A DNA stretch of 64,000 nt from an uncultured Spirochaetota bacterium (GCA_963783575.1 CAWAOD010000015.1:160001-224000), one strand, 5' to 3'; numbered from the stretch's first letter, positions 52,417 through 63,999 are shown. Numbers and translations: made by a program. The notes: generated by a model from the letters alone, not told the origin.

Positions 52417-52881
52417 TTAATTTTCGGAATTTATCCCGGCCCCTTTATTTTTTATGTACAGATTCTTTCCTATTTCATCGGTATCTTTTTGTTCTTCTTT
52501 GTTTGCTTCTTCTTCATAGCGCTTGACAGCTTTATCCTTTAGCACTCCAACAGCTTTTTTATCCCGTTTTAAGGCTGCATACTTTTCAATATGTTCCTGC
52601 ATTATTTGACGTTTTTCTTCTATTACAACATTGAGTTTATTTATGGCAAGATCGGAATTTCTGATAAACCTGTCATAGGATTTGAGATTTTCAAGCAACA
52701 GCTTATTTTTATTTTTAACAAGTTCCTGTCTTAGATTATTCAGGCCGTTGAGGATTTTTTCTTTTTTGTTCAGTTCGAATTGATAAGCTCCGCTGGCCTT
52801 TGCCAGCTCGATTTTTTCCTGATCCTCTTTTTTCTGGCGGATTTCAAGCAATTTTTGAAGTTTGAATTCAAACTTCCTCAT
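52417..52881 (-). CDS. fliJ: Flagellar export protein FliJ
   Basis: FEFKLQKLLEIR, coiled coil, EEQKDTDE C-terminal motif. Confidence 0.85.
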   Translation of the reverse strand: MRKFEFKLQKLLEIRQKKEDQEKIELAKASGAYQFELNKKEKILNGLNNLRQELVKNKNKLLLENLKSYDRFIRNSDLAINKLNVVIEEKRQIMQEHIEKYAALKRDKKAVGVLKDKAVKRYEEEANKEEQKDTDEIGKNLYIKNKGAGINSEN

Positions 52882-52986
52882 AATTTCCCCTCAACTTATT
52901 TTACATTATTTTATTCCATAATTCCAGTAATTGAGCAATTTCCATCAAATTGATTCAATCATAAAAAGCTAAAGCTTTGTATTATA

Positions 52987-53048
52987 AGTCGGTTAGTCTT
53001 TTGGTTTAGCAATATTTTATTTTAATATAACTAAAAGACTAACTGACT
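52987..53048. repeat. Intergenic inverted repeat
   Basis: agtcggttagtcttttggtt / aactaaaagactaactgact, 18/20 complementary. Confidence 0.6.
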
Positions 53049-53069
53049 AGCTGTCTTTCAACTAATACA

Positions 53070-53822
53070 TTACCTGCCGAAATAAAGCCTTTCTGCCAAT
53101 TCTTCCGGTAAGCCGTTCTTAATAATCTTTTTTGCAGCCTGGTCAACATTGTATTGAAATCGGTAAAAATCTACGCTGAACTCAATATCGTCAAATACGC
53201 AGAATGAGGAACGGCTGTCTCCATCCCTGGGCTGTCCGATGCTGCCCGGATTTATCAGATACGAGCGGCCCGGTATGAGTTTGATTTTTGAATTTGCCTC
53301 ATAAAAATATCGGCCGTTATCGTCAAATATTCCCGGCAGATGTGTGTGCCCGAAAAAACAGATGCTTAAGTTCAACTCATTTATTTTTTTGATTGACTGC
53401 GTTGCAGTCGAGCTTCTCAAGATATATTGATCGGGATTGATTGGCGATCCATGTACGGCTAGGCATTTATTATCCAATACTGCCTGTTCTCTAAAATTTT
53501 CAATGTATTTTTTTTCAATATCATTCAGGTGGTTTTCGGTCCAGATTATTGCTTTATAAGCGATTTCATTTGCCTTCATTCTAAGCGAAGGGTTTATAAT
53601 CATTCTTTCATGATTGCCTGATAATACAATATCGGCGTTTGATTTTACATATTCAAGACACTCAGAAGGAGAAGCCCCGTAACCTATTATATCTCCCAGA
53701 CAGATAAGCCTGGCATCAGCTTTCTTTAAATTATCAATGACATTGACAAATTCCGATAAAGCCTCAAAATTCGAATGAATATCGCTGAATATAATATTTT
53801 TCATAAGATTATTATATACCAT
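53070..53822 (-). CDS. Metallophosphoesterase (calcineurin-like)
   Basis: SDIHSN, LGDIIGYG, GNHE, GHTH, NPGSIGQPRD. Confidence 0.92.
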   Translation of the reverse strand: MVYNNLMKNIIFSDIHSNFEALSEFVNVIDNLKKADARLICLGDIIGYGASPSECLEYVKSNADIVLSGNHERMIINPSLRMKANEIAYKAIIWTENHLNDIEKKYIENFREQAVLDNKCLAVHGSPINPDQYILRSSTATQSIKKINELNLSICFFGHTHLPGIFDDNGRYFYEANSKIKLIPGRSYLINPGSIGQPRDGDSRSSFCVFDDIEFSVDFYRFQYNVDQAAKKIIKNGLPEELAERLYFGR

Positions 53823-53848
53823 TTTTCATATTTTTGCCGGTTAGCACC

Positions 53849-54891
53849 TTAAAGGCCTTTATCACACTTCAAAGGATTAAATCCCGGCGCAATATATCTG
53901 TTAAAATTTCTTGTATAACTGGCCTCGAATATTTTACCTATAAATGGAATTTGCTCCAGTAAAAAGAAAAACCTATCCAGAATATAGAATTGTAATAATA
54001 TCGCGATGAGTAATATTAAAAAAAAGAGTGCCGCATCCGCAATTATTGTAAGAATTGTACCTAGAAAACCGGATATAAGGATATAAAAAACCGGCAGCAG
54101 CCTGAAACAAATCACAAACAATGCGATGTTTGTTGTCATATGAAGTATCAGCCTGAGGGTTGAAACCTGAATTGCTTTCTTGGGACATAAATTTATACAG
54201 CGATTGCAGTTTTCACAGTTGAAATTCCAAAACGGTTTTTTATGCAGAATTCCTTTTATGCTGATAACGTTTGCCGGACAGCTTTTTACGCATATTCCGC
54301 AAGCATTACAGTTTTTATCCGCAATGTAAATTTTTCCGAAAAACCTTCTTCCTATGAGCCGAAAAGAACTGCCGCAAGCCAGGTCCATAATGAATTGAAG
54401 AATCCGCACTTAAAATAATCTCTTTTTTGATTAATAAATTTTTCAATGAATGATTCAATCTTTAAATCGCCTTTTGTTATAATTTTCCTTGATTCATTGC
54501 TGTCGGGAAGGTTTGAAACCTGAATCCAGTTATCCGGGTATTCCGCCCCGCCGGTAAGGAATACTTCAAAATGCCTTCTTTGAAGCATTCTCTTCACCTG
54601 CCGCAACGCCTGCATGGAATGGCCGCCATAAGTTGCTGCTACTGCTGCTTTAACACCGTTTCCATCTTTTAGTTTACTGATATATCTTTTTACAATAACA
54701 GGCGCAGAAAAACCAAGTACCGGGAAAGCAAAGATATGAAAATCATATTTTTCATCAGGAATTGTAATATCTTTATTAATAGAAAGCAGTTTTACATTGT
54801 ATCCGTTCTTTATCAAAGATTCCCGGATAATTGTAACGGCATGCGAGGTGTTTCCGGTTCCGGAAAAATAATGTATCAAGATCTTATTCAT
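53849..54891 (-). CDS. EFR1-like flavodoxin/ferredoxin protein; frameshift near 54410
   Basis: YFSGTGNT, FPV, YPDNW; then CNACGICVKSCP and CENCNRCINLCP. Confidence 0.82.
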
Positions 54892-55122
54892 TTATTTCCT
54901 TCCTTCAGACCCTCAGTTTCCTCAGTGCGCCTTTCTATATTCTTCTTTATGAAAGGTACCCGGTATATTTCATATATATTGTATATCCTTTATATTTTAA
55001 TTGTAAAGTATTTTCATTATTGATTCAGCGGTAAATAGATCTACTCTTTAGTAACAAATTTTGATTTTATTGCAAATATAACCTAAAATTATATTGTATT
55101 ATCAATTTTTCAGGAGACTATT

Positions 55123-56244
55123 ATGATATCAAAAAGGGCGCTAAGAGTAGACTCTTCAGGGATCAGGAAAGTATTTGAACTTGCAGAAAAGATAGAAAAC
55201 CCGGTAAACTTCAGTATCGGGCAGCCTGATTTCGATGTGCCTGACTTATTAAAAGAAAAAGCGATTGAAGCCATAAAGAAAGGTTTCAACCGCTATTCAT
55301 TAACCCAGGGGATTAACGAGCTTCGGGAAAAAGTGATAGATCATATCCAGAAGACCCGGGGAAGAAAGTTTGAAATGGATGAGGTTATTATTACTTCAGG
55401 GACTTCCGGCGGATTATTCCTTGCCCTGATATCATTATTGGATCCCGGAGATGAAATAGTTTTCTTCGATCCTTATTTTGTTATGTATAAGCATCTTATT
55501 AATTTAATAGACGGCAAACCGGTAATCATCGACACATACCCTGATTTTAAAATATCGGAAGACAAGCTCAGAAAGGCAGTTTCAAGAAGAACAAAAGCTA
55601 TAATTATCAATAGTCCGAATAATCCGACAGGATATGTTTACTCCAGGCAGGACATTGAGACAATAATTAAAGTCGCTAAAGAAAAAAATATTCTGGTCAT
55701 TTCCGATGAAATCTATGACGGCTTTGTTTATAACGGAGAATTCCGGAGCGCTTCCATGTACTATGATAATGTTTTGATTTTGGGAGGTTTTTCAAAGACA
55801 TACGCAATGACAGGCTGGAGGCTGGGTTATGCACTCGGCAACAGGGAATTGATTTCCAGAATGATTATACTTCAGCAATATTCCTTTGTTTGCGCGCCGA
55901 CACCGTTTCAATTCGCCGCCGTCGCTGCGCTTGATACCGATACAAGCGCTTTTAATGAAAGCTACCGTAAGAAAAGAGATCTTATCTTTGATGGATTAAA
56001 AGATAATTTTGAAATTGTAAAGCCGAATGGGGCATTTTATATTTTCCCGAAGCTGAAATATGGAAAAATCGATGAATTTGTCGAAAGGGCAATTCAAAAT
56101 AAAGTGCTGATTATTCCGGGAAATGTATTCTCCGAAAAGAACACCAATTTCAGGATTTCATTTGCCACAACCGATGAAAAAATTAAAGAAGGTGTGGAGA
56201 TATTGAACCGAACGGCTATCAAATATTATGCTGAATACAAATGA
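55123..56244 (+). CDS. Class I/II PLP aminotransferase
   Basis: IGQPDF, NSPNNPTG, SDEIY, GFSKTYAMTGWRLG. Confidence 0.93.
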   Translation: MISKRALRVDSSGIRKVFELAEKIENPVNFSIGQPDFDVPDLLKEKAIEAIKKGFNRYSLTQGINELREKVIDHIQKTRGRKFEMDEVIITSGTSGGLFLALISLLDPGDEIVFFDPYFVMYKHLINLIDGKPVIIDTYPDFKISEDKLRKAVSRRTKAIIINSPNNPTGYVYSRQDIETIIKVAKEKNILVISDEIYDGFVYNGEFRSASMYYDNVLILGGFSKTYAMTGWRLGYALGNRELISRMIILQQYSFVCAPTPFQFAAVAALDTDTSAFNESYRKKRDLIFDGLKDNFEIVKPNGAFYIFPKLKYGKIDEFVERAIQNKVLIIPGNVFSEKNTNFRISFATTDEKIKEGVEILNRTAIKYYAEYK

Positions 56245-56284
56245 AAATGATTGACGATTTATATAAGGCTTAAAGGATCTAAAA

Positions 56285-57505
56285 ATGAATTTTAACCGAA
56301 TTATTCAATTAATGATTATTATTTCGACTGCGGTCATTTTTAATGCTTGCAGTAATAAACCGAACTTTATGAAGTATGATGTAGTTTTCTACGCCCCATT
56401 AGGTACTAATATTAATGAAATAGGAAACAATATCCCGATTTTACAAACAATATATACAAATGAGACTGATTTTTTTGTCGGGGATTATATCGATGTCCCG
56501 ACAAGCTTAAAGATTTTCAGAAACAAGGTATATATTGCCGATAAATATAACAACCGTATTTCAATCTATCCCCTAACCTCGTCGGCCGTATCCAATACAC
56601 CGATACTCTCATCCGGCGACGGTTATAGTTTCGGAACTCCTTTCCAGGTATTACTTAATAAATACGGTGAAATTTACGTACTTGCATCCATTTCAAATTA
56701 TAATTATAATTATTTGACAAATGAAGGAGTTATTTCAATCCTGGAACCTTCAAACCAGGCAACAAATTACAGCCAGTATTATATATATAAATTTTCCGCG
56801 GACGGAAAATTTATATATGAAATCGGCGAGAACGGCATACATTCCAATCCGATGCAATACCCTGAAAGGATCGATATCGATCTTTTCGATAACATTTACG
56901 CTTATTTCAAGGATTACGACAGCGATATCGAAGAATGGACCGTGAAAAGATTCTCACCGTCGGGAGAATTAAGTTTTGAATTCAACACAAAATATGTTTC
57001 TGCAACAAATGTCATGGATGACAGGGTATTTCTTGGAAGGATAAACGATGTCTATAACCTTAAAAATGATGAAAGGCTTTTAATATACAGCGATAATTAT
57101 GCTATTGAGAAAAAGAACAAAACAAACGGCAATTTTGAACCCATTGTCACACCTGATGAATATTACCGCTCGCTGGATGTATATAGTGTTCTGCAGAATG
57201 CAATAACAAAAAATATTTTTACATCGAAAAAATTCACCGATGAATTTATTAATATCACAAAGGATGATATTCTTGTTTTATATTCCTTTGACGAAAAATA
57301 TTCCGGTATCAGGTTCCGTTTTATAGATATCGGCAGCAGTGCGCGTAAAGATGAAGTATATTATGCGCCTCCCATCCCGCAGCATTACCTTCATGTTAAG
57401 TACTTCGTGGATGATAACGGTCAGATATACAGCATTATTATAAAAGATAACTTATATTACTTAATTCTTCAGTGGAAAAAGAAAGTAAGCAAGGATCTTT
57501 CATGA
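56285..57505 (+). CDS. Lipoprotein, NHL/beta-propeller-like
   Basis: FNAC lipobox, VYIADKYNNRI, YKFSADGKFIYEIG. Confidence 0.7.
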   Translation: MNFNRIIQLMIIISTAVIFNACSNKPNFMKYDVVFYAPLGTNINEIGNNIPILQTIYTNETDFFVGDYIDVPTSLKIFRNKVYIADKYNNRISIYPLTSSAVSNTPILSSGDGYSFGTPFQVLLNKYGEIYVLASISNYNYNYLTNEGVISILEPSNQATNYSQYYIYKFSADGKFIYEIGENGIHSNPMQYPERIDIDLFDNIYAYFKDYDSDIEEWTVKRFSPSGELSFEFNTKYVSATNVMDDRVFLGRINDVYNLKNDERLLIYSDNYAIEKKNKTNGNFEPIVTPDEYYRSLDVYSVLQNAITKNIFTSKKFTDEFINITKDDILVLYSFDEKYSGIRFRFIDIGSSARKDEVYYAPPIPQHYLHVKYFVDDNGQIYSIIIKDNLYYLILQWKKKVSKDLS

Positions 57506-58668
57506 AAATTTTATTGGGAATAACAGGCGGTATTTCCCTGTACAAATCATTGAATGTCACCCGTTTACTTGTAAAATCCGGGCATGAAATTCGTGCTGTA
57601 ATGACTGAAAATGCGGCAGGAATGATCGATCCGATTCTATTTAAAACCCTTTCCGGCGGGGAAGCATATGTTAAGGATTTTGATTTCAGAGAACCTTTAG
57701 CTCATATCCGTTTAAGCGACTGGGCGGATGTTATGGCTATTGTCCCGGCAACAGCAAACACGATCGCAAAAATCGCAGGAGGCATTGCCGATAATCTTTT
57801 AACCTCAACGGCCCTGGCTTTTAACAAAAAAATGTATGTCTTTCCTGCCATGAATGTGAAGATGTATGAAAACCCGGTAACACAGGAAAACCTGGATAAA
57901 CTACGTTCCAGAAAAATAGAAGTTATCGAACCTTTCTGCGGAGACCTTGCCTGCGGCTATTCCGGAATGGGAAAGCTTCCTGACGAAGATTTCATATTCG
58001 GGTATATCACCCGGGATGCCGATGAACCGCTTAAGGGGAAGAGTTTTATTGTAACTGCCGGAGGAACAATTGAAAAAATCGATCCGGTCAGGTACATATC
58101 CAATTTTTCATCCGGCAGGATGGGAATTGAAATCGCGAAAACTTTATTCAGAAAAGGCGCCGGGGTTCTTTTAATATATGGAAATATTTCTATTACCTTA
58201 CCATCCTACATCCGCTCAATAAAGATTCAATCAGCCATGGATTTACTTGAGGCTTTAAGAAAAAATTTGGCTTCATATGACGGACTTTACATGGCCGCCG
58301 CTCCTGCAGATTTCAGGACGGATAGTATGTCAGAAAGTAAGATCAAAAAGTCCGCTGAGCTGAATCTTCACCTGGTAAAAAACCCGGACATCTTAAAAAC
58401 TGTATCCAAGGAACTTAAAGGGAAGCTGCTTGTAGGGTTTGCGCTTGAAACGGAAAACCCTGTCGATTCCGCGGCCGCAAAACTTAAAGAAAAAAACCTT
58501 GATTTTATAGCACTGAATATCATAAAGGACGATTTTAACCCGCTTGGGAGCGATTTCAATAATATAACATTGATATCCAGGGACGGTACTATTAAAGAAT
58601 TCGGTGAAAAAACCAAGAACGAGACAGCCGGTCTTCTGGTTGAGGAAACATTAGCGGGGCTGAAATGA
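57502..58668 (+). CDS. coaBC: Bifunctional phosphopantothenoylcysteine decarboxylase/synthetase
   Basis: LGITGGI, PATANTIAK, PAMN, LACG, TAGGT..IDPVRYISNFSSGRMG, GFALET. Confidence 0.95.
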   Translation: MKILLGITGGISLYKSLNVTRLLVKSGHEIRAVMTENAAGMIDPILFKTLSGGEAYVKDFDFREPLAHIRLSDWADVMAIVPATANTIAKIAGGIADNLLTSTALAFNKKMYVFPAMNVKMYENPVTQENLDKLRSRKIEVIEPFCGDLACGYSGMGKLPDEDFIFGYITRDADEPLKGKSFIVTAGGTIEKIDPVRYISNFSSGRMGIEIAKTLFRKGAGVLLIYGNISITLPSYIRSIKIQSAMDLLEALRKNLASYDGLYMAAAPADFRTDSMSESKIKKSAELNLHLVKNPDILKTVSKELKGKLLVGFALETENPVDSAAAKLKEKNLDFIALNIIKDDFNPLGSDFNNITLISRDGTIKEFGEKTKNETAGLLVEETLAGLK

Positions 58669-59165
58669 CTGTGCTTGGCATCGACCCTGGTCTTGAAAGG
58701 CTGGGATATTCTATCCTGGAATTTACAAACAGCGCCATTCTCCCACTTTCTTACGGTTTGATCTCAACGGATAAAGATACGGAAAAATCCCGGAGGCTTT
58801 TTCAGATATACAGCGATCTGACATCATTAATAGAGAAGCATCGTCCGGATTATATCTCTGTCGAAACGCTGATTTTTGCAAAAAATGTCAAAACAGCCCT
58901 TATTATTAGTGAAGTCAGGGGCATCATACTTTTGCTCGGGGCTCAGCATAACCTGGCTATTTACGAATTTACACCGCTTGAAGTTAAAATGTCCCTGACC
59001 GGTTACGGCCGTTCATCAAAATCGCAAATTCAAAGCGCGGTAAAGCTCATCCTTAATCTACCCGAAATCCCAAAACCCGATGATATTTCTGATTCAATCG
59101 CCATAGCTATCTGCGGAGGCAATACTATAAACTTTAGAAATAAGCTTAAACAGCCGTCTAAATAA
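58665..59165 (+). CDS. ruvC: Holliday junction resolvase
   Basis: LGIDPG, EVRG, TGYG..K, PDDISDSIAIA. Confidence 0.95.
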   Translation: MTVLGIDPGLERLGYSILEFTNSAILPLSYGLISTDKDTEKSRRLFQIYSDLTSLIEKHRPDYISVETLIFAKNVKTALIISEVRGIILLLGAQHNLAIYEFTPLEVKMSLTGYGRSSKSQIQSAVKLILNLPEIPKPDDISDSIAIAICGGNTINFRNKLKQPSK

Positions 59166-59190
59166 ATTCTTACGCAAAATACAGGAGCAT

Positions 59191-60395
59191 TTGATGTTAT
59201 TACCGAAAATAACAAACCCGGCTCATAAGAAATTATATCTTGCCCTGCTTTTTAATTTTCTTCTTTTCGGTACCACGATGACAGTTGTCGGCGCGACAGT
59301 CCCGCAAATAATCCGTTCATACCAGTGGAAATATACAACTATGGGAATTCTCCTGGCCTCCGGTTCAATAGGCTATTTTATCTCCGCATTAATCGGCGGG
59401 TTTTTGATAAAAAAACTTGGGCCGAAAACAATTCTTTTGACAGGCCTTATCCTGGAGTTTTTAAGCCTGTTTTTCTTTATGAGAACACCCGGTTTATTGA
59501 TTAATTTTATATTGTTCTTTTTAATCGGCATAGGTCAGGGCTGCGCGGAAATTGTGACAAATTATCAGGTTATACTAATGGAAGACAGGGGCAACGAGGG
59601 AAGACTGATGAGCCTTATGCATTCCGCCTTCTGCCTTGGCGCGATTCTGGCTCCGTTTGCCGTCGGAATCGTAGAAAAATTCTCAATTAGATGGATGGTA
59701 ATATTCACCGCTGCCGGAATTTTAATATTTCTGGTAACGATTTTATTCACCTTCCTGCCGTTTATAAAATCTTCCGAAAAATCTATTGGGCAAAATCATA
59801 ATAAAAAAACAAGCCTATTCAGTCCACTGCTTTTTATTTTATTCATAACAATACTCTTATATGTAGGTATTGAATTAGGCGTTTCCAACTGGATATCGGA
59901 ATATTTTGTCAGTATAATCAAGACACCTGTCCAAACCGGGGCCTTTATGGTTTCCGTTTTATGGCTGGGAATTTTCGCCGGAAGGGTTCTGATATCGACT
60001 TCTTACCGGGGAAAAAGGCAGGAATGGCTTTTAACCTGTCTGATTCTATTTTCCTGTTTTTCTCTGGTTTTTCTTTTATTATCCAGGTATGAACTTCTAT
60101 CTATAATTGCCGTATTTTTAATCGGCACAGGATATTCCGGTATATACCCAATAATTACCTCTCTTGTAGGAAGACACTACAGAAGCCCGGAAGCGGTTGG
60201 TATACTCGCAACAGGAGGCGGATTGGCTCATTTTCATTTCCATTCATTATCGCTTACATTGGGGACAAGGTTGGTTTAAGGGGCGGCTTTATTTTTACTT
60301 TGATCGTCGATTGCATAATTTTGTTATTATCAATAATTGTAATTTTAATTATCCGGGGAAAAATTGATTTATCTGAGGGTGATAATGAAGTTTAG
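59191..60395 (+). CDS. MFS transporter (FucP-like); frameshift near 60225
   Basis: Multiple TMs, MHSAFCLGA, LYVGIE; an alternate frame continues GSFSFPFIIAYIGD to a stop at 60395. Confidence 0.8.
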
Positions 60396-60599
60396 TCAAT
60401 TTTAAGGGATTTCAGATTCCACCTGTAACTCAGAGATTATCATAAATTTGATTTATATATTGGTTATAATTAATATATTTAGAACCTAATAATGGCAGCA
60501 AATCAGCAATTAAAAATCAACAGAAATCATAGAATAAAAATTACTGTTATTTCAACAATTAAAAAGATTAATAACAAATTCAATTGTCATCAGGCTATT

Positions 60600-62693
60600 A
60601 TGAATAAAATAACCGGACCTTTCTTATTATTAATCTTTTTAACTTTATTATCTGGCTGTATCAATCCACAATTCAAAAAAAATATGCCCCTTGCCATTAA
60701 TGGTGTCATCGACTGCAGCAAATGGAATTTTCAAAATGACGGCCCGGTTGAACTATCAGGGCAATGGGAGTTTTACTGGAATCAGCTGCTTTCTCCTGAA
60801 TCGATCTCAACAAACTCTGTCATAAATAAATCATATATCCGGGTTCCGGCTTCCTGGAATTCTCAATATCTCCATGGAACAAAACTCCCCGTATTCGGTT
60901 GCGCCACTTACAGGTTAACAGTTAAGCTGCCCGGGAATTTTACAAATAGTATCGGTATTAAAACAGAGGACATCAATACAGCCTATAATATTTTTATTAA
61001 TAAAATTTTTATAGGTTCAAAAGGGAAAGCAGGAATAGATAAAGAATCTTCAATAATGGGTTTTAAGCCAAAATTATACCGGATTGAATATACAAACGGT
61101 GTACTGGAGATTGTCCTTCAGGATTCAAATTTCTTTGACAGATTAAGCGGTATAAATAACAAGATTTTACTGGGAGATTATGAAACCCTGCATTGGTCCT
61201 GGATAAAAACAATCCTTTTCGATTTCTTTATGTTAGGAAGTCTGACAGTTATGGGATTATATTACCTGGGCCTGTTTATTACAAGAAAATTCAAGGAAAA
61301 ATCGCTTTTCTTATTTGGGTTATTCTGCCTGTTAATAGGATTCCGCTCGATCATTGCAGGGGAGAGGATTCTTGTCGATTTTATACGGCAAATGCCCGCC
61401 AGCGTTTACTTTAGGCTGGAACTTTTGACAATATATCTAGGATTCCCTGTTTATATTATGTTTATAAGATCTATCTTTTTTCAAGAATTTTCTGCTAATA
61501 TTTTCCTTATATTTCAGACAATTGCGGCTATTTTTATTATCATAATGGCATGCCCGATACAGATTTATTCATATTCCCTGCCGATTTATCATATTTTCAT
61601 TATTATCGGGGCAATCTATGTTTTTTATATAATTCTATTAGCTGTAAAAATGAAACGTGAAGGTTCCATAATCATTTTATCAGGAACAATTATTTTGTTT
61701 CTCTTCGTACTGAATGACATCTTATATGCCAATAAGATAATCGATTCCATTCTTGTGACTCAATATGGGCTTCTGATTTATGTTTTCCTGATGTCATTTT
61801 TACTGAATGTACGTTTTTCAAGAGCCTTTACCGCTGTTGAAAATCTTTCCCGGAGCCTGAAGGACTATACAGAAAATCTGGAAGAAAAGGTCCTTGAAAG
61901 AACAAGCGAACTCGATGAAGAAAAGAATAAACTGCTTCAACAAAACCAGCTAATGCTTGATGAACTTGAACTCGCCAGGGTCATTCAATACCAGTTCATA
62001 CCTAAAAAAAGCCCCGGTCCAAATATCGGGTATTTTTATAAGCCCATGCATCAGATCGGCGGTGATTTTTACGATTTTATACAATTACCGAACAGCGAAA
62101 AACTTGGTATTTTTATGAGTGATGTATCTGGACATGGCGTTCCTGCCGCTCTGATTACCTCAATGCTTAAAAGCTTCATTTTACAGGCCGGTGATAAATT
62201 GGAAGATCCTGCGGATCTTTTATTCTATTTAAATGAAATGCTTTTAAACCAGACAGCCGGGAATTTTATAACAGCATTTTACTGCATTTATAATAAGGCA
62301 AAAAATAATCTGTTTTACGCAAATGCGGGGCATTATTCTCCCTATATGATTGAGAAAGAAAATATTAATTCCCTAAGCGCAGCTAACAGGGGTATTCCAC
62401 TGGGTATTATGAATAACGAAGAGCTTAATAAACAAAATAAATTATACCGGAATGTACAAATATCAATTCAGAAGGGAAATAAACTTATATTTTTCACCGA
62501 CGGATTAACTGAAACTATGAATATCCTTAATCCCGAATTAAATTTTGAGGAAGAAAAGCTGAGAAATATCTTACTGGCTTATAAAGACTTTAGTCCCCAA
62601 AATTTTGTCAACAGGATTTACAGTGATCTGGTAAAATTCCATGGAAGCGATAGTTTTAATGACGACGTCTGTATTATCTGCCTTGAAACCTGA
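60600..62693 (+). CDS. Sensor (7TM-DISM-like) PP2C/SpoIIE-family phosphatase
   Basis: LSGQWEFYW extracellular domain, about 7 TMs, IGGDFYD, DVSGHG, FTDG, DDV. Confidence 0.88.
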   Translation: MNKITGPFLLLIFLTLLSGCINPQFKKNMPLAINGVIDCSKWNFQNDGPVELSGQWEFYWNQLLSPESISTNSVINKSYIRVPASWNSQYLHGTKLPVFGCATYRLTVKLPGNFTNSIGIKTEDINTAYNIFINKIFIGSKGKAGIDKESSIMGFKPKLYRIEYTNGVLEIVLQDSNFFDRLSGINNKILLGDYETLHWSWIKTILFDFFMLGSLTVMGLYYLGLFITRKFKEKSLFLFGLFCLLIGFRSIIAGERILVDFIRQMPASVYFRLELLTIYLGFPVYIMFIRSIFFQEFSANIFLIFQTIAAIFIIIMACPIQIYSYSLPIYHIFIIIGAIYVFYIILLAVKMKREGSIIILSGTIILFLFVLNDILYANKIIDSILVTQYGLLIYVFLMSFLLNVRFSRAFTAVENLSRSLKDYTENLEEKVLERTSELDEEKNKLLQQNQLMLDELELARVIQYQFIPKKSPGPNIGYFYKPMHQIGGDFYDFIQLPNSEKLGIFMSDVSGHGVPAALITSMLKSFILQAGDKLEDPADLLFYLNEMLLNQTAGNFITAFYCIYNKAKNNLFYANAGHYSPYMIEKENINSLSAANRGIPLGIMNNEELNKQNKLYRNVQISIQKGNKLIFFTDGLTETMNILNPELNFEEEKLRNILLAYKDFSPQNFVNRIYSDLVKFHGSDSFNDDVCIICLET

Positions 62694-62841
62694 GTATCCA
62701 TTTTTATCAAATAATTTAATTTTGACAAAAACCTGTATCTATATTAGTATATTTGTCTTGTAATTTATTGTTTCCCTTACAATATCGTTTTCAGCACTTG
62801 TATAATAATTATCAAGTAATATTATAAACATAGGTTATCCA

Positions 62842-62926
62842 GGAGGAGTGTCCGAGTGGTCGATGGAGGCAGTCTTGAAAACTGTTGTACCGCAAGGTAC
62901 CGGGGGTTCGAATCCCTCCTCCTCCG
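62842..62926 (+). tRNA. tRNA-Ser (anticodon TGA), CCA not encoded
   Basis: GGAGGAG/CTCCTCC acceptor stem, gcagt-CTTGAAA-actgt anticodon arm, long variable arm gtacc-gcaa-ggtac, GGTTCGAATCC. Confidence 0.95.
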
Positions 62927-63090
62927 AAAATTTATAATCTAATTTATATTCAAAGTCCACACATATAACCCCAAAATTCTTAAAGAAACAGAGTAAGGGA
63001 TTCGTATGCCATCGCAGATGGCACGGATCACTTCCAGATAAACACAGATTCGCCAGATAAATGTAAAGATTTAATCGGCAAAGAATCATT

Positions 63091-63999
63091 TCACATTTTC
63101 ACCCAAGCCAAGACTCCCATTAAAGGTATAACCCATTCTTTTTTTTCTGTATCGTAAAGCGGAACACTTTTGATAATGCCCCAATAACACCATGGAATAT
63201 TATGATCTTCAAGTTCCTGGCGGACATATGCCGTCCAGTTGCTCCTGGAGGTCATATTCGCGGCATCATGACAGCAAAATTCCCCCATCCATAAGGGGCG
63301 GCAGTTCATTTGCCCCCAGTAATATACTGAAGCCAGAACATCATGCGTGGCTTTTACGCCTGCCGGATTTAAAAGCGGGTCTTTGACATTATTGTAACTG
63401 TCGATCCAGTTGGAAGCCCACTCAGGGATTCCTTCGGCGGGAATGACGGGATTTATTGAAGGTCCCGGCCAAACGATGTTGGATGTCCTCGTAACCGGGA
63501 AAAGATATTCGGCCCCCTGGAAGCAAAATAAAAATGGGTAATAAAAATGGAAGGTAACTATGCAGTTTGTTTCTTCATCCGGGATCTTCAGCCCGTATAA
63601 ACCATCGGGATTGGCCCAATCGGCGGCCGAAACGATAATAGTATGGGTCCCGTCAATTTTTCTGATTTCCCTGATAGCGTCGGAGACGATCTTATTCCAT
63701 ATAATTACGGTCAGTTTGTCGTTCGGTTCGTTAAGAAGCTCATAATAAAGGGTATCGGGATAATTTTTATAGTGCCTTGCAATCTGTTTCCATATCTTAA
63801 TAAAACGGTTTGAATTTTCGACAGGGTGTTTGTTTATTTCTGTATAATCCTGCATATCGATGACTACCCGGAGCTTTCGTTCCAGCATCCAACCGATGAC
63901 CTCATCCACCCTGTTTAAAAAACGGATGTTTATTTCAAAAGGGCTGATATATGACGCGTGAACTGGCCAGCATATCGGTATGCGCACGGTCTCGAAACC
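63091..63999 (-). CDS. Glycoside hydrolase family 5 (5' end outside window)
   Basis: GFETVRIP, YELLNEP acid/base, TFHFY, LWMGEF nucleophile, WCYW. Confidence 0.92.
   Translation of the reverse strand, partial: GFETVRIPICWPVHASYISPFEINIRFLNRVDEVIGWMLERKLRVVIDMQDYTEINKHPVENSNRFIKIWKQIARHYKNYPDTLYYELLNEPNDKLTVIIWNKIVSDAIREIRKIDGTHTIIVSAADWANPDGLYGLKIPDEETNCIVTFHFYYPFLFCFQGAEYLFPVTRTSNIVWPGPSINPVIPAEGIPEWASNWIDSYNNVKDPLLNPAGVKATHDVLASVYYWGQMNCRPLWMGEFCCHDAANMTSRSNWTAYVRQELEDHNIPWCYWGIIKSVPLYDTEKKEWVIPLMGVLAWVKM

Noticed and set aside
62835..63089. Minus-strand 84-aa ORF
   Set aside because: Antisense shadow of tRNA-Ser
62842..63090. tRNA-Ser as an island integration site
   Set aside because: No integrase and no duplicated tRNA 3' end noticed in the window
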